Part shown: one piece after another, positions 24,601-34,921 of the stretch
Layout: every line of letters begins with the position of its first letter
Position numbering within the stretch: the stretch's first letter is position 1
Sequence record: PZ809289.1
Strand: one strand, 5' to 3'
Source: a phage
DNA: 64,000 nt
Made by a program: the position numbers and the translations under genes
Notes under the pieces: generated by a model
What the model saw: the letters and a program-made list of their open reading frames with translations, nothing else
Told to the model about the DNA's origin: nothing
Database searches by the model: none

Positions 24601-25609
24601 TACGGGTGACTGGCACCTTGGAGTGAAGAACGACGACCCTTGGGTGCAAAATATTCAATTGGCAGGCATTAAAGACGCCATCAATTATTCTAAAGCAAAT
24701 GGTATCACTGTCTGGATTCAGTATGGTGATATTTTTGATGTTCGTAAAGCAATTACTCATAAGTGCATGGAATTTGCCAGACATATTTCAGATTTGCTTA
24801 AAGAAAATGGCATTACCATGTATACTGTTGTTGGTAACCATGATGCACACTACAAAAATACCTTGACACCGAACGCTGCTTCTGAAGTTCTGGGTAAATA
24901 CGACCATATCAAGGTTATTGAGAAACCTACTACGGTTAATTTTGATGGTACAGAAATTGATTTGATTCCATGGATGTGTGAAGAAAACACGACCGATATC
25001 ATGGACCATATCAAAAATACTACTGCCGATTTCTGTATTGGCCACTGGGAATTAAATGGTTTCTATTTCTATAAAGGAATGAAATCACATGGTTTAGAAC
25101 CTGATTTCCTTAAGAAGTATAAGCAAGTATGGTCTGGTCACTTCCACACCATTTCTGATGCAGCAAACGTCAAGTATATTGGTACGCCATGGACCCTGAC
25201 TGCAGGTGATGAGAACGACCCTCGTGGCTTCTGGATTTTCGATACAGAAACCCATAAAATGGATTTCATCATCAATGAAACTTGTTGGCATCGTAAGATT
25301 CATTATCCGAATGCGACTATCGATTACAAAGATTTTACAAATATTGCGGTTCGTGTTATAGTCGATAAAATTGATGACGGGCTTACCAAGTTCGAATCTG
25401 AACTTGAAAAGGTTGTTCACTCTTTACGTATTGTGTCTAAGGTAGATAACAGTGTTGATATCGATGATTCTGAAGAGGAAGATGAAGTTAAGTCCCTCTT
25501 GGATATGATGTATGATTATATCGATGCCCTTCCTGATGGCCACACTGAAGACGATGTTAAAGCCCTTAAGACTATGGCCGCACAACTTTATAATGAGGTT
25601 ACACGATGA
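24587..25609 (+). CDS. 47: Recombination nuclease subunit gp47 (Mre11/SbcD-like)
   Basis: MKILNTGDWHLGVKNDDPW... calcineurin-like phosphoesterase motifs (GDWHLG, GDIFD, GNHD, GHWE...H); track ORF 24515 begins upstream in frame. Confidence 0.9.
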   Translation: MKILNTGDWHLGVKNDDPWVQNIQLAGIKDAINYSKANGITVWIQYGDIFDVRKAITHKCMEFARHISDLLKENGITMYTVVGNHDAHYKNTLTPNAASEVLGKYDHIKVIEKPTTVNFDGTEIDLIPWMCEENTTDIMDHIKNTTADFCIGHWELNGFYFYKGMKSHGLEPDFLKKYKQVWSGHFHTISDAANVKYIGTPWTLTAGDENDPRGFWIFDTETHKMDFIINETCWHRKIHYPNATIDYKDFTNIAVRVIVDKIDDGLTKFESELEKVVHSLRIVSKVDNSVDIDDSEEEDEVKSLLDMMYDYIDALPDGHTEDDVKALKTMAAQLYNEVTR

Positions 25610-25869
25610 CTTTAGATGAATTCAAAAAATCAGGCCTTGAACTAGAACACGACTGCATCGTTATTGATGACGATAACCAAACGAATATCATTAAGTTCTG
25701 GTTTGAAGCCGTGAGCACTCGCGATACCAACGAGCTTATTAAAGTTTATGTTGCTACTGATTGGGCTGTGGAATTTAGCTTTAATGTAATGGTAGATGAT
25801 ACTCCAGAAACATTAATTCATATGGCTGAATCATGCATCAAGGATGCTTATAATGATGAAAATGTATAA
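25606..25869 (+). CDS. Hypothetical protein (87 aa)
   Basis: ATGA coupling with 47. Confidence 0.5.
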   Translation: MTLDEFKKSGLELEHDCIVIDDDNQTNIIKFWFEAVSTRDTNELIKVYVATDWAVEFSFNVMVDDTPETLIHMAESCIKDAYNDENV

Positions 25870-26068
25870 ACATGATTTTCATATTGGCGATGGCTGGTTC
25901 GGTAATGTAGAATGGGACGTGGATGGTTCTTGGTATACCGGAACTATGTATGTCACTTCTGAATATTCTGAAGGTGTTTCATGGGCCATGGAACTTGACG
26001 ACGTGTTTGCTTCTTCCGAAGAAATGCTAGAATATGCTGAACAAACAATTCGTGAGAACAATACATGA
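25853..26068 (+). CDS. Hypothetical acidic protein (71 aa; track start 25844)
   Basis: RBS AAGGA 9 nt upstream of ATG 25853. Confidence 0.45.
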   Translation: MMKMYKHDFHIGDGWFGNVEWDVDGSWYTGTMYVTSEYSEGVSWAMELDDVFASSEEMLEYAEQTIRENNT

Positions 26069-27747
26069 AAACGTTTAAGTTAAAGAAAGTAACGTATAAA
26101 AATATTATGTCGGTAGGCCAGCAACCTATTACAATCCAACTTGATAAGGTCCAAAAGACCTTAGTCACCGGTAAAAACGGCGCTGGTAAATCTACGTTCC
26201 TTGAAGCCGTTACATTTGCTCTGTTCGGTAAGCCTTTTCGTGATGTTAAGAAAGGGCAGTTGATTAACTCAAGTAATAAGAAAGACCTTTTGGTCGAACT
26301 GTGGATGGAATATGATGGCAAAGAATACTATATCAAGCGCGGGCAAAAACCCAATATTTTTGAAATCTCTTGTGGCGGTGAACGTCTTGATGAATCTGCC
26401 AGCAGTAAAGACTTCCAAGCAGAATTTGAACAGCTTATCGGAATGTCATATACCAGTTTCAAACAGATTGTCGTACTTGGTACAGCAGGGTATACCCCTT
26501 TCATGGGTTTGTCGACCCCTGCGCGCCGAAAGCTTGTGGAAGACCTCTTAGAGGTTTCTGTATTAGCGGATATGGACAAGTTGAACAAATCTTTGATTCG
26601 TGAGACTAATAGCCAAATCCAAGTAATCGACGTTAAACAGGATTCTATTATCCAGCAAATTAAAATTTATAATGACAACGAAGAACGTCAGCGTAAATTA
26701 TCAGGTGAGAACGCAGCACGTCTACAAACAATGTACGATGAGCTCGTTAAAGAAGCCAGGACTGCGAAGGGCAATATAGAAAAACTGACTGATGAATTAC
26801 TCAATGTCATCGTCGATGATGACCCTAGCAACTCTATGAGTGACCTGAGCAATAAAGGATTTGCAATCAAGAATGATATGGCAACCTTTACTAAGGTCGT
26901 GAAATTATACGAAACCGGTGGTAGTTGTCCTACATGTATGCAAGGACTGGAAGAGCATGGAAATATCCTTACTAAAATTAAGGATAAGAACTTTGAGCTT
27001 CAAAAATCTTTGGATAAGATTAACGAACAGTACCAAGAACTCAAGCTCATTAAGGACCAAGTAACCGAACAACGTAATAAAGCTCTGGCTATTAAATCTC
27101 AGATAGCTACTCATAAGCAACAAGCCATTACTGCCGTAGAGAAAGCTAAAAAAGTTAAAGTATTAATCGACCAAGCAGCTGCTGAGTTCGTAAGTAATGC
27201 CGAAGAGATTGCCGCGCTTCAAGCAGAGCTTGATAAAATCGTCTCTACCAAATCGTCCTTGGTAATGGAAAAATACCATCGTGGAATTCTGACAGAAATG
27301 TTGAAGGATACTGGTATTAAAGGTTCCATTATTAAGAAATACATTCCTATCTTTAATAAGCAGATAAATTCTTATTTGAAGATTATGGAAGCGGACTACG
27401 TCTTTACACTAGACGAAGAGTTCAATGAGACGATTAAATCACGTGGACGTGAAGACTTTAGTTATGCTTCATTTTCACAGGGTGAGAAAGCACGTATTGA
27501 TATCGCACTACTTTTTACATGGCGCGATATTGCTTCTAAGGTATCAGGTGTTAATATCAGCACGTTAATTCTTGATGAGGTATTTGACAGTGCTACTGAC
27601 GCTGAAGGCGTTAAGACCATTGCAACCATCTTGAATAGCCTTGAGGATACGAACGTGTTCATTATCTCTCACCGAGACCATGACCCACAAGCTTATGGCC
27701 AACATCTTCAAATGAAGAAAGTTGGACGATTCACGGTGATGGAATGA
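26065..27747 (+). CDS. 46: Recombination ATPase subunit gp46 (Rad50/SbcC-like)
   Basis: 560 aa; Walker A GKNGAGKST, Zn-hook CPTC, signature FSQGEKAR, Walker B LILDE; collinear with T4 gp46. Confidence 0.95.
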   Translation: MKTFKLKKVTYKNIMSVGQQPITIQLDKVQKTLVTGKNGAGKSTFLEAVTFALFGKPFRDVKKGQLINSSNKKDLLVELWMEYDGKEYYIKRGQKPNIFEISCGGERLDESASSKDFQAEFEQLIGMSYTSFKQIVVLGTAGYTPFMGLSTPARRKLVEDLLEVSVLADMDKLNKSLIRETNSQIQVIDVKQDSIIQQIKIYNDNEERQRKLSGENAARLQTMYDELVKEARTAKGNIEKLTDELLNVIVDDDPSNSMSDLSNKGFAIKNDMATFTKVVKLYETGGSCPTCMQGLEEHGNILTKIKDKNFELQKSLDKINEQYQELKLIKDQVTEQRNKALAIKSQIATHKQQAITAVEKAKKVKVLIDQAAAEFVSNAEEIAALQAELDKIVSTKSSLVMEKYHRGILTEMLKDTGIKGSIIKKYIPIFNKQINSYLKIMEADYVFTLDEEFNETIKSRGREDFSYASFSQGEKARIDIALLFTWRDIASKVSGVNISTLILDEVFDSATDAEGVKTIATILNSLEDTNVFIISHRDHDPQAYGQHLQMKKVGRFTVME

Positions 27748-27935
27748 GTGATTTTATAACAGGCCAGCATTTGTTGGCCGTTCCTGAACTAAAGCGGTAT
27801 GTTTTAGTTAATAACTTCTCTGGAGACGAACATCTTGTTACTGAAGATTATCTCCGAAATGCTTTTAAGTCAGAGTATGATAGAATCATGTCGAACAGGA
27901 ATCCTGCCTGGTTCGTTTATGAATACTTTGATTAA
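27744..27935 (+). CDS. Hypothetical protein (63 aa)
   Basis: ATGA coupling with 46. Confidence 0.5.
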   Translation: MSDFITGQHLLAVPELKRYVLVNNFSGDEHLVTEDYLRNAFKSEYDRIMSNRNPAWFVYEYFD

Positions 27936-27995
27936 ATTAAGTGCTTTAAAATATTGATTTATAATACATCTACCAACCAAATGAGAGAAAATATT

Positions 27996-28409
27996 ATGTT
28001 TGCTAACGCTATTACTGTTAAAGATATCCAAGTTAAAACCATTCGTACTGATTCCAACCCACATAATCAAAACCGTATCCGTAAATCATGGGTACTGAAT
28101 ATTGATACCGACTCTGCACGTCGTCTGCAGTCTCTTCCACAAGAAACTAAGTTCATGCTCTACGGTATCATTGATAACGACGTATCCGATAAGTGGGTAG
28201 AAATTATGCGTCGCCACTATAATGATTCACTGGCCGCAGGTGCTAAACTGGTTATCGACCGTGATGGTTCTGAACGTCTCGAAGATGATTATTGCGTAGA
28301 TTTTGACGAACAACTGCTTGAAGCCGGTGCTATTGTTGCTTCCCAGATTCCAGAGTATATTGAATCTCTGCCTGAATCCATTCGTAAACAAATGATCGTT
28401 ATTGCTTAA
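27996..28409 (+). CDS. Hypothetical protein at the rpbA position (137 aa)
   Basis: RBS GAGAGAAA; lies between 46 and 45 as T4 rpbA does; identity by position only. Confidence 0.45.
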   Translation: MFANAITVKDIQVKTIRTDSNPHNQNRIRKSWVLNIDTDSARRLQSLPQETKFMLYGIIDNDVSDKWVEIMRRHYNDSLAAGAKLVIDRDGSERLEDDYCVDFDEQLLEAGAIVASQIPEYIESLPESIRKQMIVIA

Positions 28410-28433
28410 TTTTTGACTTGATAAGGAAACATT

Positions 28434-29132
28434 ATGAAATTCTCTAAAGAAACTCTGAACATTCTGAAAAACTTCTCCAGTATTAACCCAGGTATCATGC
28501 TTAAGCCTGGTAACACTATTCTAACTCGTTCAGTAACGGGTGCAAGTTATGGTGAAGCTACTGTAAGCGATACCTTTGATATCGAAGCCGCAATCTATGA
28601 TTTGAACGGCTTCTTAAGTATTCTGTCATTGGTATCTGATAGTGCTGAAGTTTCGGTAAGTGAAGACCAAACCACCTTAATTATTAAAGACCAACGTTCA
28701 ACTATTAAATGGCCTATTGCCGACCCAAGTACAATTGCATTCCCAAGCAAAGCTATTCCATTCCCGGTGGCTGAAGTTATTTTTGACCTTAAAGCCGAAG
28801 ATTACCAACAGTTGATGCGTGTGTCCTCTGGATTGAGTATTGATACATTTGCTATCACTGTAGACAACGGTAAAATTGTAATCAATGGCTACAAACAAGT
28901 TGATGATAAGGACCTGGCACGTCCATTGTATTCCTTAGTGGTTGCAGACCATGATGGTCCTGAATTCAAATTCATTATCAACAAAACTAATATGAAAATG
29001 ATGCCTGCCGATTACCATGTATTGTTATGGGCTCGTGGTGAAGGTCAGGACGCTCGTTTCGCAGCCAAGTTTGAAGGTTCACAAGCTTCTTATGTATTGG
29101 CTATGGAAGCAGGCTCAAGCCACTCGTTCTAA
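28434..29132 (+). CDS. 45: Sliding clamp gp45
   Basis: MKFSKETLNILKNFSSINPGIMLKPGNTILTRSVTGASYGEA...AIYDLNGFLSILSLV... collinear with T4 gp45 (about 230 aa). Confidence 0.95.
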   Translation: MKFSKETLNILKNFSSINPGIMLKPGNTILTRSVTGASYGEATVSDTFDIEAAIYDLNGFLSILSLVSDSAEVSVSEDQTTLIIKDQRSTIKWPIADPSTIAFPSKAIPFPVAEVIFDLKAEDYQQLMRVSSGLSIDTFAITVDNGKIVINGYKQVDDKDLARPLYSLVVADHDGPEFKFIINKTNMKMMPADYHVLLWARGEGQDARFAAKFEGSQASYVLAMEAGSSHSF

Positions 29133-29710
29133 TGTATATATGTTATCATAATACGATAACCAACACTAAAACCAAGTGTGTCTATCATTATTTTGGTAGA
29201 CACCGTGTTACTGCTGAAGAATACTACGGTACAGGTAAGTTTGTTAAGAAATGCAAACGAGAAAATGCTATTACTCCAGGTCTTTGGGAGTTTTGTGTTG
29301 AAGTTATCCATACAGTGGATACGTTTAAAGAAGCCAAGATTATTGAAGAAGAGCTTGTTAAAGAAGGCATATCAAAATATGGTATCCTTTGTGTTAATAA
29401 GAATCCTGGTGGTGATGGCGGTGTGGATTACCACACCGAAGAATCTAAACGTAAAATGTCAGAAACTAGAACAGGAAAATCAAGAATATTTTCCGAAAGT
29501 CATAAAGAAAATTTAAGTAAACGAGCCAGAAAATACTCTGATGTTTGGTCCGAACCTGTATATTCAAATCTTAAAACCATTTGGCTGGAAACAGGTATGT
29601 TAAAACGCGGACGGTTTAGTACGCTTTTACAAAAATATGGGTATAATTATTCTGCGAATGAATTGAATAAAATTGTTAAACATTTTAATGAGGAAAATAA
29701 TAATGAGTAA
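29132..29710 (+). CDS. GIY-YIG-like homing endonuclease inserted between 45 and 44
   Basis: YICYHNT...VYHYFGRH core like the other Seg-like ORFs; NUMOD-like NPGGDGG...SRIFSESHKENLSKRA; TAATG coupling. Confidence 0.6.
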   Translation: MYICYHNTITNTKTKCVYHYFGRHRVTAEEYYGTGKFVKKCKRENAITPGLWEFCVEVIHTVDTFKEAKIIEEELVKEGISKYGILCVNKNPGGDGGVDYHTEESKRKMSETRTGKSRIFSESHKENLSKRARKYSDVWSEPVYSNLKTIWLETGMLKRGRFSTLLQKYGYNYSANELNKIVKHFNEENNNE

Positions 29711-30680
29711 AGTAGTAAATGGTTTAACTATTAATGAAAACGACTTCATGTGGGAACAGAAATATCGTCCAGGTACTTTATCTGAGTGTATTCTGCCTGC
29801 TCATGATAAAGAAACCCTCCAAGCCATTGTTAATAAGGGCCTAATCCCTAACATTATCCTAGTCTCTGCTTCACCAGGCACAGGTAAAACTACCGTAGCT
29901 AAAGCATTGTGTGCTGATACAAATTCAGATATGCTTTTTGTTAACGGTTCCGACTGCCGTATTGATTTCGTTCGTAATGAACTTACTCGTTTTGCATCTT
30001 CCAAATCTATCGAAGGTAAACGTAAGGTAATTGTTATCGACGAATTCGACCGTGCTGGTGTTGCTGAAGCTCAACGTCACCTTCGTTCGTTCTTAGAAGC
30101 CTATTCCTCAAACTGTTCTGTAATTATTACAGCAAACAATATTGATGGTATTATCGGCCCACTTCAATCCCGTTGTCGCGTTATTAAATTTGGTGAAGCC
30201 ACTCCAGCTGACCAAACATCCATGATGAAAGAAATGATTCATCGTGCTGTAGCGATCTGTAAAAACGAAAATATCGAAGTCGAAGACCTTAAAGTTATTG
30301 CTGCTTTAGTTAAACAAAACTTTCCTGATTTCCGTAAAACAGTTAACCAACTGGACCGTTACTCATCCAGTGGTAAAATCGATACAGGCATTTTGAGTAT
30401 TGTAATGAATACCAATTCGCCTATCGATGAAGTAGTGGCTGCACTTAAAGATAAAAACTTTAAAGAACTCCGTGCATTAGCTCCACGCCATGTCAATGAC
30501 TATTCCAACTTTATTATGACGCTGGCTAACGAACTCTATGGTAAATTGCCTGGGCCAAGCATTGTTAGAATGTATGAAATTGTCGGTGAAAATAACCAAT
30601 ACCACGGTATTGCGGCTAACCCAGAAATTCACATGACTTATCTGTTCATCCAACTTGCTCTGGAGCTCCAATGGCTATAA
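29703..30680 (+). CDS. 44: Clamp-loader large subunit gp44 (AAA+)
   Basis: ...WEQKYRPGTLSECILPAHDKETL...SASPGTGKTTVAKALC...VIDEFDR...SNCSVIITANN... collinear with T4 gp44; track ORF begins 29673. Confidence 0.9.
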   Translation: MSKVVNGLTINENDFMWEQKYRPGTLSECILPAHDKETLQAIVNKGLIPNIILVSASPGTGKTTVAKALCADTNSDMLFVNGSDCRIDFVRNELTRFASSKSIEGKRKVIVIDEFDRAGVAEAQRHLRSFLEAYSSNCSVIITANNIDGIIGPLQSRCRVIKFGEATPADQTSMMKEMIHRAVAICKNENIEVEDLKVIAALVKQNFPDFRKTVNQLDRYSSSGKIDTGILSIVMNTNSPIDEVVAALKDKNFKELRALAPRHVNDYSNFIMTLANELYGKLPGPSIVRMYEIVGENNQYHGIAANPEIHMTYLFIQLALELQWL

Positions 30681-31243
30681 GTCTTTTTGATGATGACGTT
30701 GAACTGAACGAACATGAAGTTGCTTGGAAATCACGTAACGACGCTGCAATTCAAGCCTTGGCCGATTCATTTAAAGAAAAGGCTGAAAACGAACTGTTCG
30801 CCATTATGAACGATATCACATATGGTAAGAACCAACGTAACTTGGCTCAGTCGGAAAACTACAATCAATTTTGGCTCGATAATAGTTTGAGCCAACATGT
30901 GGATTGTATTATGCAGGCTGCAATGGTTAACTGTCTGAAACTTGATGACCAAAGTCATTTCAACTATCTTTTACACGCTGTTCCTAAGGGTAAGAGGTTT
31001 GGTAAATGGGCTAAGGCCCATGATGATGAAGTTAGTGTAGTTTTTATTACTCGTTTATTGATGAAATACCATTCAATTAATAATGATGACGCTTATCGTT
31101 ATCTCGAGACTTATAAAATTAAAGGCCATCTTCCTGCAGTGCTTAAGAAGATGAAAGGGTTGGTTACGGACGAATTCCTGAAATCCGTAACTAAAAATGT
31201 TAAAGAACAAAAAGACTTGAAAAAGAAAGCATTGGAATGGTAA
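30671..31243 (+). CDS. 62: Clamp-loader small subunit gp62
   Basis: 190-aa ORF overlapping end of 44, in the T4 44-62-regA order. Confidence 0.8.
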   Translation: MAISLFDDDVELNEHEVAWKSRNDAAIQALADSFKEKAENELFAIMNDITYGKNQRNLAQSENYNQFWLDNSLSQHVDCIMQAAMVNCLKLDDQSHFNYLLHAVPKGKRFGKWAKAHDDEVSVVFITRLLMKYHSINNDDAYRYLETYKIKGHLPAVLKKMKGLVTDEFLKSVTKNVKEQKDLKKKALEW

Positions 31244-31249
31244 ATTAAA

Positions 31250-31612
31250 ATGATTGAAATTACTCTGAAACAACCTGAAGACTTCTTGAAAGTTAAAGAG
31301 ACCCTAACTCGTATGGGTATCGCTAATAATAAAGAAAAGAAACTATATCAATCCTGCCACATTCTGCAAAAGCAAGGGCTGTATTATATCGTCCACTTTA
31401 AAGAGATGTTACGTATGGATGGCCGCCAAGTTGATATCGATGGTGAAGACTACCAACGTCGTGATTCAATTGCCCAGCTTCTTAAGGAGTGGGGACTGAT
31501 TGATATAGTAGACGACTCTGAGCTGTTCGAAATCACTAATAATTTCCGTGTCATTTCCTTTAAGCAGAAAAATGACTGGGAACTACTGTCTAAGTATACC
31601 ATTGGTAATTAA
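31250..31612 (+). CDS. regA: Translational repressor RegA
   Basis: MIEITLKQPEDFLKVKETLTRMGIANNKEKKLYQSCHILQKQGLYYIVHFKEMLRMDGRQV... near-identical to T4 RegA. Confidence 0.95.
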   Translation: MIEITLKQPEDFLKVKETLTRMGIANNKEKKLYQSCHILQKQGLYYIVHFKEMLRMDGRQVDIDGEDYQRRDSIAQLLKEWGLIDIVDDSELFEITNNFRVISFKQKNDWELLSKYTIGN

Positions 31613-31613
31613 T

Positions 31614-31829
31614 ATGATTCTTGAAATTGAAACGTGTGAACGTCTTAAAGAGGTATACGGACTTTCTCCAACTCAAACGATTTTTGACCTTTCCGAAGAG
31701 CTCCAAATAGAATTTCAAAAGGACCTCCAAAAGTTACTACATCCTGGCCAGCAAGTCTTCCAGGCTATGATTAAAACTAAAGACGAAGATGGTAATTCAA
31801 CTATTAAACGTCAGACAATAGAAATTTAA
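31614..31829 (+). CDS. Hypothetical protein (71 aa)
   Basis: ATG 2 nt after regA stop; track ORF 31548 overlaps regA. Confidence 0.45.
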   Translation: MILEIETCERLKEVYGLSPTQTIFDLSEELQIEFQKDLQKLLHPGQQVFQAMIKTKDEDGNSTIKRQTIEI

Positions 31830-31832
31830 GCA

Positions 31833-31852
31833 AAGGGACTTCGGTCCCTTTT
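31833..31852 (+). terminator. Hairpin AGGGAC-UUCG-GUCCCU + U4 (terminator, or part of gene 43 regulatory region)
   Basis: 6-bp stem with UUCG loop and short T-run about 60 nt upstream of the polymerase start. Confidence 0.55.
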
Positions 31853-31910
31853 GGAGTATAATGATTCATCAACAAACAAAAGACAATCACTCGTCTATAA
31901 AGGAAATGAA

Positions 31911-34622
31911 ATGCAAGAATTCTATTTGACAGTCGAACAAATCGGTGATAATATTCTCGAACGTTACATCGATAAAAATGGTAACGAACGTAGTCGTGAA
32001 GTTCCTTACAAGCCTACAATGTTTATGCATGCTAATCCAGAGCAAGCCGTAAAATACATTGATATCTATGGTAAGGGTTGTGTTAAGAAAGAATTCGATT
32101 CTATGCGTGATGCATCCCAATGGATGAAACGTATGGATGATATGGGTCTCGAAGCCCTGGGTATGGACGACTATAAATTAGCCTATTTGTCTGATACCTA
32201 TCGTAAAGAAATCAGATATGATTCTTCTAAGATTCGTATTGCTAACTTCGACATCGAGGTAACATCTCCTGATGGATTCCCTGAACCAGCTCAGGCTAAA
32301 CATCCTATCGATGCCATTACCCACTACGACTCGATTGACGATAAATTCTATGTATTCGACCTTTTAGTTTCGCCTTATGGTACTGTCGAAGAGTGGTCGA
32401 TTAAAATCGCTGAGAAACTCCAAGACGAAGGCGGTGACGAAGTTCCACAAGAAATCATTGACAAAATCGTTTATCTTCCGTTTAATTCTGAAGAAGAAAT
32501 GATGCTTGAGTACTTGAATTTCTGGCAACAGAAAACTCCTGTGATTTTGACTGGATGGAACGTTGAGTCGTTTGACGTACCATACGTTTATAACCGTCTG
32601 AAAAATCTGTTCGGTGAGAACACTGCTAAGCGATTAAGCCCACATCGTAAAACTCGTGTTAAAGTTATCGAGAACATGTACGGTGCTCGTGAAATCATTA
32701 CATTGTTCGGTATCTCTGTTCTGGATTATATCGACCTGTATAAAAAATTCAGCTTTACCAACCAGCCTTCTTATTCTCTGGATTATGTTTCTGAATATGA
32801 ATTGAAAGTAGGTAAGTTGAAATATGATGGCCCAATCTCCAAGTTACGTGAGACGAACCACCAACGATATATTTCCTATAACATTATCGACGTATATCGT
32901 GTAGTGCAGATTGATATGAAGCGTCAGTTCATTCTTCTGAGTTTGGACATGGGTTATTATGCCAAGATGCAGATTCAGTCGGTGTTCAGCCCAATTAAGA
33001 CTTGGGACGCTATTATCTTTAATAGCCTTAAAGAACAAGGCAAGGTAATTCCACAAGCTCGTTCGCACGTGGTCCAACCTTATCCTGGTGCTTTCGTTAA
33101 GGAACCGATTCCTAACGCTTACAAATATGTAATGAGTTTCGACCTTACATCTCTGTACCCGAGTATCATTAGACAAGTGAATATAAGCCCAGAGACCATC
33201 GCAGGGACATTCGCTAACGCACCGATACATGAATATATTGCCGGAACAGCTCCGCGTCCTAGCGACACCTACAGTTGCTCTCCTAACGGCATGATGTATT
33301 ATAAAGACCGTGAAGGTGTGATTCCGACAGAAATCACAAAGGTATTCTTGCAGCGTAAAGAACATAAAGGTTACATGCTTGCAGCTCAACGTAATGGCGA
33401 GTTAATTAAAGAAGCATTGGAAAATCCTAATCTCTCAGTTGATAGTCCACTGGATATCGATTATCGTTTTGACTTCTCTGACGAAATCAAAGCCCAGATT
33501 AAAGCACTGTCAGCGCCTTCTTTAAGAGAAATGTTGAAGAAAGCCGAGCTCACTGAAGTTGCAGGTAACACTGCTCAGATTAACCGTAAGTTGCTTATCA
33601 ACTCCCTTTATGGTGCACTTGGTAACGTATGGTTCCGTTACTATGACCTCAGGAACGCAACTGCAATCACATTGTTTGGTCAAATGGCCCTCCAATGGAT
33701 TGAACGTAAGGTTAACGAATATCTGAATAGCGTGTGTAAGACTGAAAACCAGAAGTTCGTGCTCTACGGTGATACTGACTCCATTTATGTTAAGGCAGAT
33801 GCAATCATCAATAAAGTAGGCGAAGATAAATTCCGTGATACTAACCACTGGGTCGACTTCTTAGATAAATTTGCACGTGAACGTATGGAACCAGCTATTG
33901 ATGCAGGCTTCCGTGAGATGTGTGAGTACATGAACAACAAACAGCACTTGATGTTCATGGACCGAGAAGCTATCGCAGGTCCTCCACTTGGTTCTAAAGG
34001 CCTTGGTGGATTCTGGACAGGCAAGAAACGTTATGCACTTAACGTTTGGGACATGGAAGGTACTCGTTATGCTGAACCACACTTGAAAATCATGGGTCTC
34101 GAAACTCAGAAATCAAGTACACCTAAAGCAGTTCAGAAAGCTCTGAAGGAATGTATCCGTCGTATGCTTCAGGAAGGCGAGGCATCTTTGCAAGAATATT
34201 TCAAACAGTTTAATAAGGAATTTAACGAACTCGATTATGTAAGCATTGCAGCAGTATCCAGTGCTAACAACATCGAGAAATATAATGAAGGTGGATTCCC
34301 GGGTTCTAAATGTCCATACCACATCAAAGGTTGCTTAGCTTACATGCGTGCTTCTGCAGGTGATTTGACTATGCCTCGCATCGTTGATGGTGAAAAGGTA
34401 TATGTACTGCCACTTAAAGAAGGCAACCCGTTTGGTGAAGCTTGTATGGCATGGCCGTCAGGTATTGAACTTCCGGTTCAGATTCGTGACCAAGTCCTCC
34501 GTTGGATGGACTACAACGTACTGTTCCAAAAGACCTTTATCAAACCTCTGACCGGTTTTACTGAGTCTGCTAAAATCGACTACGAGAAAAAAGCAACATT
34601 ATTTGATATGTTCGACTTTTAA
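31911..34622 (+). CDS. 43: DNA polymerase gp43 (family B, with 3'-5' exonuclease)
   Basis: MQEFYLTVEQIGDNILERYIDKNGNERSREV... collinear with T4 gp43; Exo I FDIEV, pol motifs SLYPSII and YGDTDS; RBS AAGGAA; track ORF 31851 has 20-codon upstream extension. Confidence 0.95.
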   Translation: MQEFYLTVEQIGDNILERYIDKNGNERSREVPYKPTMFMHANPEQAVKYIDIYGKGCVKKEFDSMRDASQWMKRMDDMGLEALGMDDYKLAYLSDTYRKEIRYDSSKIRIANFDIEVTSPDGFPEPAQAKHPIDAITHYDSIDDKFYVFDLLVSPYGTVEEWSIKIAEKLQDEGGDEVPQEIIDKIVYLPFNSEEEMMLEYLNFWQQKTPVILTGWNVESFDVPYVYNRLKNLFGENTAKRLSPHRKTRVKVIENMYGAREIITLFGISVLDYIDLYKKFSFTNQPSYSLDYVSEYELKVGKLKYDGPISKLRETNHQRYISYNIIDVYRVVQIDMKRQFILLSLDMGYYAKMQIQSVFSPIKTWDAIIFNSLKEQGKVIPQARSHVVQPYPGAFVKEPIPNAYKYVMSFDLTSLYPSIIRQVNISPETIAGTFANAPIHEYIAGTAPRPSDTYSCSPNGMMYYKDREGVIPTEITKVFLQRKEHKGYMLAAQRNGELIKEALENPNLSVDSPLDIDYRFDFSDEIKAQIKALSAPSLREMLKKAELTEVAGNTAQINRKLLINSLYGALGNVWFRYYDLRNATAITLFGQMALQWIERKVNEYLNSVCKTENQKFVLYGDTDSIYVKADAIINKVGEDKFRDTNHWVDFLDKFARERMEPAIDAGFREMCEYMNNKQHLMFMDREAIAGPPLGSKGLGGFWTGKKRYALNVWDMEGTRYAEPHLKIMGLETQKSSTPKAVQKALKECIRRMLQEGEASLQEYFKQFNKEFNELDYVSIAAVSSANNIEKYNEGGFPGSKCPYHIKGCLAYMRASAGDLTMPRIVDGEKVYVLPLKEGNPFGEACMAWPSGIELPVQIRDQVLRWMDYNVLFQKTFIKPLTGFTESAKIDYEKKATLFDMFDF

Positions 34623-34624
34623 GT

Positions 34625-34654
34625 GTTTACATACCACAAGGAACGTGGTAGTAT
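34625..34654 (+). promoter_or_regulatory. Early promoter variant (PeSL-like)
   Basis: GTTTAC 34625-34630, TG-extended TAGTAT 34649-34654, CCTATCAAC box. Confidence 0.5.
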
Positions 34655-34684
34655 CCTTCCTATCAACTACATGAGGAAATTACA

Positions 34685-34921
34685 ATGGAAGCTTTAATCG
34701 TTAGTGCTGGTGTTTTAGGATTCGGTTCTCTGGTTATTATGTTCATCGGTTACTTTTTACCATGGATTCTGGCTCTTCTGCGAGGCACTCGTAGTAATGT
34801 AGGAATTTTCTTCCTTAATCTCCTGTTAGGCTGGACGATGATTGGTTGGGTAGTGGCTTTAATCTGGGCTATCGTCGCTGAACGTAAATCAAACGCACAA
34901 ATCATTATTGTTAAACAATGA
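34685..34921 (+). CDS. imm: Small inner-membrane protein at the T4 imm position (78 aa)
   Basis: Two transmembrane helices; located directly downstream of 43 as T4 imm is; identity by position and topology. Confidence 0.55.
   Translation: MEALIVSAGVLGFGSLVIMFIGYFLPWILALLRGTRSNVGIFFLNLLLGWTMIGWVVALIWAIVAERKSNAQIIIVKQ

Noticed and set aside
31833-31852. Hairpin upstream of gene 43 as the gp43 autogenous translational operator
   Set aside because: It is about 60 nt from the start codon and followed by a U-run, so more simply read as the terminator after the regA operon; operator role not excluded but unsupported
31851-31910. Extra N-terminal 20 codons of the polymerase ORF
   Set aside because: T4 gp43 alignment and the RBS AAGGAA place the start at 31911; the upstream in-frame ATG has no SD
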